A stretch of DNA of 64,000 nt from an uncultured cyanobacterium (GCA_963710605.1 CAVQBA010000007.1:128001-192000); one strand, 5' to 3'; shown: positions 43,796-54,170, counted from the first letter of the stretch. Translations and numbers: made by a program. The notes: generated from the sequence alone by a model not told the origin.

Positions 43796-44380
43796 TTGAC
43801 TATGAATTTATCACAAACTGACGATCGACAACCTAATAATTCTAATCAACAGGTAACGGCTGTTATTTCTCATTATATTCGTCCCGGTCGAGAATCAGGT
43901 TATGAGCAATGGTTAAAAGATATTTCTCAAGTTGCCAGACAATTTGAAGGTCATAATGGTATAACTATTTTACGCCCTCAAGCAGGTACAAGAAAAGAAT
44001 ATGTGATTATTTTACGATTCGATCGATACGATAACTTATGTCGATGGATGCGATCGCCCGAAAGAAAAGAATGGATCGATCGAGCAAAACCTTTAACCGA
44101 AAAAGCGGAAAACGTACAAGTATTAACAGGATTAGAAGCCTTGGTTTCTCTTCCTAATACTGCTTATCTACCGCCACCGAAATATAAAACAGCTCTGGTT
44201 ACTTGGCTGGGTGTTTTTATCTGTTCGTCTATTTTAGGTTATTTTTTAGCCCCTCGTTTAGTATTTTTACCTTACCTATTACGTCAAGCAATTATGACGG
44301 GATTGGTGGTTATCTTACTTGCTTATATAGTCATGCCCAGATTAACTCGTCTGTTTTCTAAATGGCTTCATGGCAGTTAA
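43796..44380 (+). CDS. antibiotic biosynthesis monooxygenase-like protein with C-terminal TM helices
   Basis: Y..W...F.GH.G, W..SPER..W, PPKYK.A..TW and MP.LTR.F..WL. Confidence 0.82.
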   Translation: MTMNLSQTDDRQPNNSNQQVTAVISHYIRPGRESGYEQWLKDISQVARQFEGHNGITILRPQAGTRKEYVIILRFDRYDNLCRWMRSPERKEWIDRAKPLTEKAENVQVLTGLEALVSLPNTAYLPPPKYKTALVTWLGVFICSSILGYFLAPRLVFLPYLLRQAIMTGLVVILLAYIVMPRLTRLFSKWLHGS

Positions 44381-44418
44381 AAAATAATCAATTAGGCATT
44401 TTCAACAATCACCAAAAT

Positions 44419-44439
44419 AAGGGCTAAAGCCCTTACTAC
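44419..44439. repeat. GTAG-type REP-like palindrome
   Basis: AAGGGCTAAAGCCCTTACTAC (minus strand GTAGTAAGGGCTTTAGCCCTT). Confidence 0.6.
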
Positions 44440-44583
44440 AAACTTACCGAATAATATTATATACGATGACAAAGAGGTTTTGAACTTTAAAATGATCCCA
44501 ATTATGTACTTAGATTAAGTATTAAACAATAATATGGTGAAAAAATACTACTGTTAGTACGTTAAGTATTATCAAAACGCTTA

Positions 44584-44704
44584 TATAGTAGGAAAGGAAT
44601 TGCTTAGGATATGTATAGATTAAAGTCTCCCCTTCCCAAGGGGAGATTTAGAGGGGTTGTATTTAAGATCGAAAAACGTCCTGACTAATTCTTGTATTGC
44701 TATA
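44584..44704. mobile_element. MITE-like element with TATAGC-N14-TTAGGAC-type ends, internal GC hairpin
   Basis: Left TATAGTaggaaaggaattgcTTAGGAT; right (reverse complement) TATAGCaatacaagaattagTCAGGAC; internal CTCCCCTTCCCAAGGGGAGATTTAGAGGGG. Confidence 0.72.
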
Positions 44705-44762
44705 TATCGCTCATTAAACCTTTGCTCTTTGCGATCGTCTTAATTGCTCAAAAATTATTAAT

Positions 44763-46436
44763 ATGTTAAATCTACTTAAAAATTGGCAAACTTTCCTCTT
44801 TACCAGTATTTCATTTTTGTGCTTTTGTTTGCCTAGTATCGCCGCCGAAAAAATTAAGATTATTTATGGCCCTCTTAACTTAACATTAGAAGTCGATTCC
44901 TTAGAAAAATTTGCTCAAGAAGGAATTGTCGATCGAGAGCTAGAATTTTATCTCAATGCCGCGGGTTTAAAAGACGAGCAAAAAGAAGCTTTACGAGAAA
45001 CTTTATCGACGAAGTATCCGATCGATGGTGTAAGATTATCAACTTTTTTGAATACACCTACAGGAGAAATGCTATTAGAAAAAATGGGTACTTTAATATC
45101 CGTACCTGGAGGCAGAAATGGTAAGTATATATTAAGAGGTGGATTAGTTAAAGCGGCACTAGAAAATGAAGACGGATTGACTGTGCTTAATTTTTTACAA
45201 TCTGTGGCTACCGATATTCAACTCAATACAAGTGAAATTGAAGAGATATTAGATTATCAAAAGCGTTTATCATTAGCAACGGAATCTCTAACTAAAGATG
45301 CCGATCGATTATCTAGTCAGGAAATAGCTAAGCAGAATCTAGACTATACCAAGATTAAGGATATCAGAGAAAAAGGAGAGTATGGATTCAAACCCCTAGA
45401 AGTTTTACAACTAAGAGATCAAAAACGCCAACGAAATTTTGCCGTAGATATTTATCAACCACAACGTTGGAAACAAGGAAAAACACCCGTTGTCATCGTT
45501 TCTCATGGTTTAGGTTCTAATCCTGATGAATTTGCTACATTAGGCAAACAATTAGCTTCCTATGGCTTTTTGGTGGCGATTCCTCAACATATTGGTAGCG
45601 ATGGGAAAAAATTAGCGGAAATAATTAACGGTTATACCCGTGAATTATATGATTTAGAAGAATTCATTAATCGCCCTTTGGATATTAGTTACGTTCTAGA
45701 TGAATTAGAAAAAAGAAACAAAACAGAATTTAATAATAGACTAAATTTAGATAATGTTGGCGTTTTAGGTCATTCTTTTGGCGGTTATACTGCTTTAGCT
45801 TTGGCTGGTGCAACTTGGGATTTCGAGCATATTAAAACTTATTGCGATCGTCGTGTTTGGGAAGCAAACTTGTCTATGTTATTACAATGTCGAACATTAG
45901 ACTTACCCGATCGAGAATATAATTTTCACGATGAAAGAGTAGGTGCAATTGGGGTTATGAATCCAGTCAATAGTGTTATATTTGGCTCGCAGGGTTTGAG
46001 TAAAGTTAAGATTCCGATCGTGATTGGTGCGGGTACAAACGATCCTGCAACACCAGCAATTATCGAACAAATTAGAACGTTTGCTTGGGTGAGTAGTGAA
46101 GATAAATATTTATTTGTTATCGAAGGTCAAGCTCATTTTTTGATAAGCCCTGATTCTAATTCCCAAATTAATAATTTACTCAATTTGTTAGTCGATTTTC
46201 AAGATACTGAGGAAAATATATTCACTACTTACGGTAATACTCAAGCTACGGCTTTTTTGCAATATTATATTGCTCAAGAAGAAAGTTTTCAGCCTTATCT
46301 TCAACCAGGTTATTGGCAATATATAGCGGATGAATCTTATCCTGTTTACTGGCTCGATCGTTTTGCTGTAAATACTTTGACCGAGACCTATAATCGTTTT
46401 AAACCGACAGAAATTCCTACTCTCTACCCCAACTAA
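44763..46436 (+). CDS. DUF1400 plus alpha/beta hydrolase
   Basis: Signal peptide ..AAE.I; SHGLGS, RPLDIS and GHSFGG nucleophile elbow. Confidence 0.9.
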   Translation: MLNLLKNWQTFLFTSISFLCFCLPSIAAEKIKIIYGPLNLTLEVDSLEKFAQEGIVDRELEFYLNAAGLKDEQKEALRETLSTKYPIDGVRLSTFLNTPTGEMLLEKMGTLISVPGGRNGKYILRGGLVKAALENEDGLTVLNFLQSVATDIQLNTSEIEEILDYQKRLSLATESLTKDADRLSSQEIAKQNLDYTKIKDIREKGEYGFKPLEVLQLRDQKRQRNFAVDIYQPQRWKQGKTPVVIVSHGLGSNPDEFATLGKQLASYGFLVAIPQHIGSDGKKLAEIINGYTRELYDLEEFINRPLDISYVLDELEKRNKTEFNNRLNLDNVGVLGHSFGGYTALALAGATWDFEHIKTYCDRRVWEANLSMLLQCRTLDLPDREYNFHDERVGAIGVMNPVNSVIFGSQGLSKVKIPIVIGAGTNDPATPAIIEQIRTFAWVSSEDKYLFVIEGQAHFLISPDSNSQINNLLNLLVDFQDTEENIFTTYGNTQATAFLQYYIAQEESFQPYLQPGYWQYIADESYPVYWLDRFAVNTLTETYNRFKPTEIPTLYPN

Positions 46437-46582
46437 TCCAAATTAAATATCTATTTAAAATATTTGTGATGACGATCGATAGTCATTAAAAAAAAATTAA
46501 GTGGTAAAGTAATACCAATTCAAATAAAATTTGTAACCGTTGTTATTAGCAAGTAAGTACCTTTGTCTCTCCGAAGACAAAG

Positions 46583-46748
46583 CAAGGCTATTTCATGTCT
46601 TATTTTTGTAATTTCTATAACTCTCGAAATAGCAGTAAATGTAGCTGTTTTTTTCTAATAGTAAAAAGAAAATGTAACCAAATCGCTCGTTCGTTTCGTA
46701 GTAATAGCTTCTAGCTATTTTTTTGCGAACGTGAATGAAACAGCCCTG
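46583..46748. mobile_element. CAGGGCTG-ended MITE (copy 2, inverted relative to copy 1, no matching TSD)
   Basis: CAAGGCTATTTCAT...ATGAAACAGCCCTG; interior is a diverged reverse complement of 25142-25305. Confidence 0.85.
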
Positions 46749-46794
46749 CCTTGGAAGGGAAGATGCCGCTCAGAGGCAGAGGGGTTGATAGATA

Positions 46795-47072
46795 AATCGA
46801 TCGACATGAGATTCGGCGGCAAAGTGAGCAACTTGGGTAATTGCTTCTTCTGTTAATATTTTATCGACTAAAGTACGATCGCAAATATCACCATGAACAA
46901 AAACAAAATTAGGATTATTTTCTAATTTACTCAAATTTTGACGATTGCCGGCATAAGTAAGTGCATCTAAGACAACTATTTTGTCTTCTGAATGTTGCTC
47001 AGCCCAATAATTAACAAAATTAGAACCAATAAAACCTGCACCGCCTGTAACTAAAAGATGTTTTTTACTCAT
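46795..47072 (-). pseudogene. rfbB: truncated duplicate of the rfbB 5' end
   Basis: First ~70 aa identical to 39056-40126; homology stops after SHVDR. Confidence 0.92.
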
Positions 47073-47678
47073 TATAATTATCAGAAATACCTAATCAAAA
47101 AATAAAGCTAATTTTTTATTGCATCCATAGTTTATCATTTCTTTTCGACTATCAATTGTTGAATTTTTGTTTCTTTTATTTTTATCAGAGAATTGAAACT
47201 GATAGTCATTTAAGATAACAATGTGATGGTGATGATAATTTGTTGTCTTTTATAGTTATTTAAAATAACGGTAAGACATCTTGAAGCTAAAATTACAGTT
47301 TAATTTATTAAACGATATCTATTAGCCTTGTAATTCATACTCAAGGTGAGGTAAAGACTCAAGTTTTAAATATGATTGATACTGTAATTTTAATTGAAAA
47401 TTTTAGTTGACAGATTCGGCTTTTGGACAAGTTTAGAATAAAACAGGCGGAAGTTTAGTGCGTAGCTGATGAGTGGTGGGGTACGTTGTAATAATCATTA
47501 CTTGTCGGGTTTTATACTTCTATTTGAAATATTATAATTACTATCTTGGTAAAATATTGAAATGACTATATCTGTATTTTTCGATCGAAGATGAGAAAAT
47601 TAAATAAATTGTGGGTAAGATCAAATTGTATGCAAAAATAACTAAAAGTAATTTGATCAACTAGCAGGAAAACAATTC

Positions 47679-47936
47679 ATGGCGAGAAAACCAGATGAAT
47701 ATGTTGTACATATATTAATTAATGGTGGTCATCGAGAAGAGGTTCGCTTTCCTACAATCAAGGAATTTCAAAAATGGTACAGTGGCGAATTAGTACCAAA
47801 AGCTGATTCTCATGATTTTATTAGTGTACCGATTAAAAATATTCAAGGAGAATATATGGTTATACGCCCTTCTAGTGTACTTTGCTTGAGAGTCGAACCT
47901 GTATTTTTTGGTAGCGTCGATCGAAATTTTAATTAA
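47679..47936 (+). CDS. conserved cyanobacterial hypothetical protein
   Basis: 85 aa, AGGA RBS, GGHREEVRF..FQKWY. Confidence 0.78.
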   Translation: MARKPDEYVVHILINGGHREEVRFPTIKEFQKWYSGELVPKADSHDFISVPIKNIQGEYMVIRPSSVLCLRVEPVFFGSVDRNFN

Positions 47937-48050
47937 AATACTAATCTTGGTGAATTGTATTACCTACTAATATTTTCTGACGAGCACAAATTTATTTGTT
48001 TTGAATAAATACTTGAGATTAAATTATCAAACATAATTTTTAATCTTCAA

Positions 48051-48452
48051 TCAACTTATTAATTGACGACGTTTTTGTTCAAATTCATTGTCAGAGATTA
48101 AACCTTCTTGACGTAGTTTTTCTAATTCTCTAATAGCTGTAGCTATCTGTGTTACTTGCTCCGCTGGGAATATTTTTTGCGTAGTCGTAGAAATCAAATG
48201 AGGATTAAAACGTTGATTGAATTGTTCTTGATTTTGAGCTAGATACAATACTATATCGACTATACAGGCAATTCTCGCCATCGGACTTTGCCAACCGATA
48301 ACTAAATAGATAATTCCCCATAAAGATTGACCGAGATAAAATTTGTGTAAACCAGCTAAAGGAAGAGCAGATACTGCACCAATCAAAGCTAAGATAAGAG
48401 CAAATTTTTTGTTTTTGGATTTAGACTGAGTCGTAGTAGTAGGATTGTTCAT
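48051..48452 (-). CDS. TM2/NINE domain protein with C-terminal SHOCT
   Basis: GLHKFYLGQ..WGIIYL; LEKLRQEGLIS..EFEQKRR. Confidence 0.85.
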   Translation of the reverse strand: MNNPTTTTQSKSKNKKFALILALIGAVSALPLAGLHKFYLGQSLWGIIYLVIGWQSPMARIACIVDIVLYLAQNQEQFNQRFNPHLISTTTQKIFPAEQVTQIATAIRELEKLRQEGLISDNEFEQKRRQLIS

Positions 48453-48719
48453 TGTTCATCGGTTACGGAAATCCGTATGTAGTCAATGATAAGGATAATC
48501 TTATAATTAGATTTGTAGCAATTAAATAATTAACAATAAACTTATTCAAGAAGAAGTTAACTAATCATTAAAAAAAATTGTTAGTTTGATGATTACAACT
48601 TAAAAAACTTAATCTAGTTTTGTTTTATTGTTTTGATACTAAGTAATTAAATGATTGCTATATGTTAGAACTAATTATTCAAAAAGACAATAAGTACATA
48701 TTATTAGTAGGTTGTAAAA

Positions 48720-49034
48720 ATGGGATTTTTTGATTCAGAAGTAGTACAAGAAGAAGCTAAACAACTTTTCACTGATTATCAATCTTTAGTCCAATTAGGT
48801 GGTGAGTTTGGAAAATTCGATCGTGAAGGTAAAAAGATTTTTATCGAAAAGATGGAAAGCATGATGGAAAGATACAAAATTTTTATGGCTAGATTTGAGT
48901 TATCAGACGATTTCACAGCGAAGATGACTGTTGAACAGTTAAAAACTCAATTAAGTCAGTTCGGTACAACTCCTCAGCAAATGTTTGAGCAAATGAATAT
49001 GACTCTTGAGAGAATGAAAAAAGAGGTTGAGTAA
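48720..49034 (+). CDS. DUF1825 family protein
   Basis: MGFFDSEVVQEEAK.LF.DY, FDREGK and RFELS.D. Confidence 0.85.
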   Translation: MGFFDSEVVQEEAKQLFTDYQSLVQLGGEFGKFDREGKKIFIEKMESMMERYKIFMARFELSDDFTAKMTVEQLKTQLSQFGTTPQQMFEQMNMTLERMKKEVE

Positions 49035-49156
49035 AGGCAAAAGCCGATGTTGTTTAGTTCGGTTTTACTCCAACAGACAATTTAGGGAAACTGATACATT
49101 ATAAATGTCGTCGATAATGACGAACTAAGTATAAATTATAACAGGGGTTTACGATC

Positions 49157-49537
49157 GTGAATTATAAATCTAATAATAATAGTAATAATAGCGAAACAAA
49201 ATTTTTGAATCAAAAAAATAGTCAAAGTAATTTTTTAAATTATATCCAATCATTAGATCCTGAAACCATTCTCCAACTTTCTAAACCTGATTCTTCAGAG
49301 GTACTTAAAGTTATGGAACATAATATCATTGGTATGCTCGGTAATTTACCTTCAGAGCATTTTAATACCATGATTACAACGAGTAAAGAAAGTATGGGTA
49401 GATTATTAATTTCGGCGATGATGAGTGGTTATTTTCTACGTAATGCCGAGCAAAGAATGGATTTTGAACAAGCATTAGTAATGACAGATAGCTCAGATGA
49501 TGATGAAACAGAAGCTAATTTCAACCCAGAGTTATAG
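49157..49537 (+). CDS. DUF760 family protein
   Basis: Y.QSL.PE, G.LP.E.F and SAMM.GYFLR.AEQR. Confidence 0.85.
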   Translation: MNYKSNNNSNNSETKFLNQKNSQSNFLNYIQSLDPETILQLSKPDSSEVLKVMEHNIIGMLGNLPSEHFNTMITTSKESMGRLLISAMMSGYFLRNAEQRMDFEQALVMTDSSDDDETEANFNPEL

Positions 49538-49594
49538 GTTACTTAAGATTAGTCAAATCATCTATTTTGAGTCGAATCTTTTGCGAATGAATCA

Positions 49595-49635
49595 AGCCAT
49601 CAATATTTATTAAATGTTTACTGATGGCTATTTTT
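49595..49635 (+). terminator. putative intrinsic terminator between convergent genes
   Basis: AGCCATCA...TGATGGCT followed by ATTTTT. Confidence 0.5.
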
Positions 49636-49646
49636 ATCTCTCTAAA

Positions 49647-51755
49647 TTAACTTAACTGATAACGATCGGTTAATTTTTCTAATTGTTGGACTAAAAGACT
49701 AAGGAATAAACCTACATCAGTAACAATACCGACTGATTCAACTGAACCTCGATCGCTTAATTTAGTCACTACCGCAGGGTTAATATCGACACAAACCATT
49801 TTCACCCCTGAAGGTGTCATATTACCAACACCGATCGAATGAAGCATGGTTGAGAGCATTAAAATCATATCCGAACCATCAATTAAACGAGCATATTCTT
49901 CTTGAGCTTTAATCAAGTCCATATAAGTATCAGGTAATGGGCCATCATCACGAATTGAACCTGCTAAACAAAAAGGTATATTATTTTTAATACACTCATA
50001 CATTACTCCTTTAGTGATAATACCTTCTTCAACCGCTTGAGCAATACTACCGGCACGGCGAACTGAATTAATTACTTTAAGATGGTGACGATGCCCACCA
50101 CTGACAGGTGTACCTTTACGCATATCTACACCTAAAGATGTACCCATAACTGATTGTTCCATATCATGAACAGCGATCGCATTACCGCCTAAAAGGCATT
50201 GTACATAACCGTTACGAATTAAACCAGATAAATGTCCTGAACCACCTGTATGAATGACAACAGGACCTGCTACGACGGCTACTTTACCGCCTTGATCACG
50301 AATATGACGCATTTCCCAAGCGATTTGCTCAACTAATAATTCAACACGTCGCTCACTAGAAACGCCACCACTCATGAAGCTAAATTCTTGAGTTTTATTT
50401 CTTTTTTCTCTTGATTGAGCAGAGCGTACAGTACGAATGCCTTCAACACCGACAACTACTTCTTCTCCTACTTCTAAATCTCGTAATAGTTTACAACTAG
50501 CAGTAGTTTGATGATCTTTTTTGTTAATAACGATCGCTCCATCCATTCTTTGATTATCAACTCTTATCCATTCATCATCAACTCTAACTTCAGTTGGGTA
50601 AATAGTAGTAACATAAAAGTCATCAGGAGAAACACCAGCTTTATTCACCGACTCTAAGTGAACATCGACTTGTTTTTCAGGAGCAATGATTGCACCTAAA
50701 TCAATCAATTGACTAACAATATCTTCCATTAGTTGAGCAGAAGGTGCAGAAATACGAACTTCGGCAGTAGAGGGGCTTTGTCTTTCTATACCTAAGTTGA
50801 AATTAAGTACTTTAAAGCTACCACCTTCAGAGATAATTAAATCTAAGGCACGATTCATCATACCTGTATCTAACAAATGTCCTTCTAGTTTGATGGTTTT
50901 ACTAACCACTGAAACATTAGCATGAACGTCTTCTAAGATTGGTTCAGTTACTCTTAATGTCAAACATTTTGCCGCACCACCTGCTTTTAAAAATTCACCT
51001 AATGGTGTTTGAATTACCTTAAAGCCTTTTTCACTAATACGTTTTTCTAAGTCATCACTAATTTTATTCATGATGACAATGTCATTGATATTTACTGTAT
51101 TACAAGCAAAATTGACTGCATCTGCTTCTTCAATGGCGATTCTTTTTTCTTCAGGTACACGCATTTCAATCAAACGATTAGAATAACTATCAAATGCTTG
51201 AGGATAATAAAGCAGATAACCATTAGATAAAGGACAAAAACAAGTATCAAGGTGATAAAAACGATTATCAATTAGGTGGAGTGATAAAACCTCTGTATCC
51301 AACCATTTAGCAAGATAAGGATGAGAATCTAATTCTGAACGAAAACCATATCCTGCCCATAACCAACGCCCTTCTCGATCGAATAAAGCATCTCCTGCAC
51401 CTTCAAAAGGCAAATCTTGAGGTAACTCGTAAACATGAAAACCATTATCTTCAAACCATTTTTTAAAATAAGGCTCTTCTCCTTGTCTTTCAGCGTGATA
51501 AAAACGACTCAGAACAACATTTTCTCCTAACACTAAACCAGCATTAGCGGTGAATACCATATCAGGTACACCTTTTTCTGGTTGAACTAGATCAACAGTA
51601 GCGTGTTCTTTAATCGCTTTATATAATTTATTCCATTGCTCTACAGCACGATCTTTAGTTGATTTGTGTATATTGCCTTCCATCCAAGGATTAATTACAT
51701 AATCCACATCATAATGATCTGGTGCGCACATTAAAATACGTATATCTTCGGTCAT
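49647..51755 (-). CDS. argZ: arginine dihydrolase / ornithine cyclodeaminase bifunctional enzyme (ArgZ/AgrE)
   Basis: Amidinotransferase domain (YVINPWM, FEGAGD, YHLDTCF, GGAAKCL) plus TIGR00300-like C-terminus (GNAIAVHD, GSIRDDGPLPD). Confidence 0.92.
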   Translation of the reverse strand: MTEDIRILMCAPDHYDVDYVINPWMEGNIHKSTKDRAVEQWNKLYKAIKEHATVDLVQPEKGVPDMVFTANAGLVLGENVVLSRFYHAERQGEEPYFKKWFEDNGFHVYELPQDLPFEGAGDALFDREGRWLWAGYGFRSELDSHPYLAKWLDTEVLSLHLIDNRFYHLDTCFCPLSNGYLLYYPQAFDSYSNRLIEMRVPEEKRIAIEEADAVNFACNTVNINDIVIMNKISDDLEKRISEKGFKVIQTPLGEFLKAGGAAKCLTLRVTEPILEDVHANVSVVSKTIKLEGHLLDTGMMNRALDLIISEGGSFKVLNFNLGIERQSPSTAEVRISAPSAQLMEDIVSQLIDLGAIIAPEKQVDVHLESVNKAGVSPDDFYVTTIYPTEVRVDDEWIRVDNQRMDGAIVINKKDHQTTASCKLLRDLEVGEEVVVGVEGIRTVRSAQSREKRNKTQEFSFMSGGVSSERRVELLVEQIAWEMRHIRDQGGKVAVVAGPVVIHTGGSGHLSGLIRNGYVQCLLGGNAIAVHDMEQSVMGTSLGVDMRKGTPVSGGHRHHLKVINSVRRAGSIAQAVEEGIITKGVMYECIKNNIPFCLAGSIRDDGPLPDTYMDLIKAQEEYARLIDGSDMILMLSTMLHSIGVGNMTPSGVKMVCVDINPAVVTKLSDRGSVESVGIVTDVGLFLSLLVQQLEKLTDRYQLS

Positions 51756-51970
51756 AATAAATAATTAGTCTATTTTCTTTAAAATTACGTTCTACAAACT
51801 ATGAAGGGTTTTAGCCAATCTACAATTATATATCTATTTGGCGATCGATTTTATGTTTGTGCTGATCTTAAGTAAAGAAATGATGACGTAAGACTGAATT
51901 GATTAAGGAGTAATGAGTAAGGAGTTTTAACTGTTCATTGCTAATTACTCATTGTTCGCACGTTTACTGT

Positions 51971-52987
51971 TTAATATTGATGAATAAAATCTTGAAACTG
52001 TTGAAACAAAATTGGGTTTCGCCATCCCTTGGTTACTTCTCGTGCCAAAATAGCTAAAGATTCTTTACGGCTATAAGCTACCTTGTAAGAGCGTTTACTA
52101 GTAAGAGCATGATAAATATCAATTACTTGAAAAACTTGAGCAAGGTAGGGAATATTGTCGGCGACAAGATTATCTGGATAGCCACTACCGTCGTATTTTT
52201 CGTGGTGATGACGGATAATTGCTTGCAGATTAGGATTGTTATGACAAAGTGGTTGACAAATCTGCTCACCAATAATAACGTGTTGACGAACAATTAGTTG
52301 TTCAGCGGGGGTTAGTTTTCCTTGCTTAGTTAAAATATTTTCAGGAATATTAACAGTACCAATATCATGAAGATAGGCAGCAAAAACTAAATCTTCAATT
52401 TCTTCATTCTTTAATTTTAAGTATTCGGCAAAACCCATAACTAAATTAGCTAAATTAAATGATGATTTTTGTTCATTAGCGACTCTATTTTTGATAGCTG
52501 AGGCTAAAGTCAAAAGTACTTGTTGGGTTTGATTTAAACCTTCATTTAAACGCTTTTGCTGAGCTAAATTTCTTAGTTTGGCAGATAAAGTAGTTCGTTG
52601 TAGTGGCTTCATTAAGATATCTTCTACACCAATCTCTAAAGCTTGATCACGCAAATGTGGCTCGTCGGTTACTGACATCAAAACGATCGGTATTGATTTG
52701 GTATGAGGATGTAACTTAAGTTTTTTGGCTATTTCTAAACCATTAGCTAATGGCATCATTACGTCCATCAAGATAATGTCGGGTTTTTGTTGATATGCTA
52801 GAGATAAAACTTGTGTACTATCATTTACTTCGATAATCTTATGACCTTCATAACTAATTAAATCTACTGCATGTAACAAACTCAAGGGATGATCATCTAC
52901 TACCATTACACAACTATTTTCAGAGGAAGCACGAACAATATATCTTCCTTCTTTATTAATTTTGGTCATATCTTCGTGATTAATCAT
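51971..52987 (-). CDS. response regulator with HD-GYP (c-di-GMP phosphodiesterase) domain
   Basis: REC (VVDD, DVMMP, KP) plus LHDIG and HHEKYDGSGYP. Confidence 0.92.
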   Translation of the reverse strand: MINHEDMTKINKEGRYIVRASSENSCVMVVDDHPLSLLHAVDLISYEGHKIIEVNDSTQVLSLAYQQKPDIILMDVMMPLANGLEIAKKLKLHPHTKSIPIVLMSVTDEPHLRDQALEIGVEDILMKPLQRTTLSAKLRNLAQQKRLNEGLNQTQQVLLTLASAIKNRVANEQKSSFNLANLVMGFAEYLKLKNEEIEDLVFAAYLHDIGTVNIPENILTKQGKLTPAEQLIVRQHVIIGEQICQPLCHNNPNLQAIIRHHHEKYDGSGYPDNLVADNIPYLAQVFQVIDIYHALTSKRSYKVAYSRKESLAILAREVTKGWRNPILFQQFQDFIHQY

Positions 52988-53185
52988 ATCAACCGTGAGT
53001 CCTATAAATTGATGAATACTTAATGTTGTTTACTTTCCCATTGACCAAACCAAAATATACAATCGTTCAAGTATATTTATGTATCGAGTAGATGAGATTA
53101 TAATTTTTTTTGTTTTCTTGGCTACATCACTATAGTGAACAAATTCAGTTAAAAAGTAATCAGTTGATTTACCTATCTTTTGTAC

Positions 53186-54052
53186 TTATCTCAAATAATG
53201 TCTTTTTTTCCACTTAGTAGTAGATTCAAGAATACTTTGAGATTGTTCTTCTATTCGTCTTTGTTTAATGGTGATGGCATTATCAGTTAAATGTGGATCT
53301 CGATAAGGGATAGACGCACGTGTTTGTAAGTGTTCTTGCTCCATTGCTGATAAGCTCGGTAAGGGGGAAAACTGGTAAGATGCGATCGTGCCTGCGGTTC
53401 TTTGTCCAACTTGATAATTATGTCCTATTTTTAAATTAATTAAGCTCAAAGCTTTACGTACTGAGGCAGAGCAAGAATAAGTAGCGATAATACCTTCTGG
53501 TTTAAGTGCATTAGCTAATAATTGTAAAAATTCTATTGTCCATAGTTGAGGACACTTAGGTGGCGAAAAAGGATCTAAAAAAATAGCATCAGCTAAAAAG
53601 TTATTTTTAATTAATTGTTGAATTGTTTGTCGAGCATCACCGATTAATAATTCTAACTTTAAGGATGAATCATTTACTTTTTTATCTGTCAGTAGTTGGG
53701 TTAGTAATTCAACAGTATGAGTTGAGAAGGTATTTTCTAATAAACCTCTTTCTATGGCTTGTCTTGGTACGGTTTCGTCTAATTCTAAGGCTACAATTTG
53801 TAGTTGACATTGAGGATTTATTTGCTGATAATAACAATCGATCGCTTCTGCGGTGTTATACCCTAGCCCGTAACAGACATCAATTATTTTAACTTGATCT
53901 TGTGTGCGGATTTTTTCAGCTAAACGACAACCTTGAATATAAGTAATTTGAGCTTCTGTCTTTGCACCATATTGACTATGAAACTTCTCATCAAATTCTG
54001 GGGAGTAAAAAGTTTCACTACCATCAGCGGTTAGTTGGGTTTTAAACATCAT
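53186..54052 (-). CDS. MnmC/MnmD-like SAM-dependent methyltransferase
   Basis: T.DGS.T, FHS..GA, GLGYN and FLDPFSP..CPQLW. Confidence 0.85.
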   Translation of the reverse strand: MMFKTQLTADGSETFYSPEFDEKFHSQYGAKTEAQITYIQGCRLAEKIRTQDQVKIIDVCYGLGYNTAEAIDCYYQQINPQCQLQIVALELDETVPRQAIERGLLENTFSTHTVELLTQLLTDKKVNDSSLKLELLIGDARQTIQQLIKNNFLADAIFLDPFSPPKCPQLWTIEFLQLLANALKPEGIIATYSCSASVRKALSLINLKIGHNYQVGQRTAGTIASYQFSPLPSLSAMEQEHLQTRASIPYRDPHLTDNAITIKQRRIEEQSQSILESTTKWKKRHYLR

Positions 54053-54170
54053 AACTTTTGTCCGAGTGCTACCGTCTTTTGATAAGTGATTTTAAATTAT
54101 TGACGATCGATTTTGCTAATTTCTCAACTAAGGCATAAATTTTAAATACAACTGAGAGCTTAATAGCTTA

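Noticed and set aside
47466-47530. CTGATGA hammerhead ribozyme core
   Set aside because: No correctly placed GAAA and no convincing stems I-III
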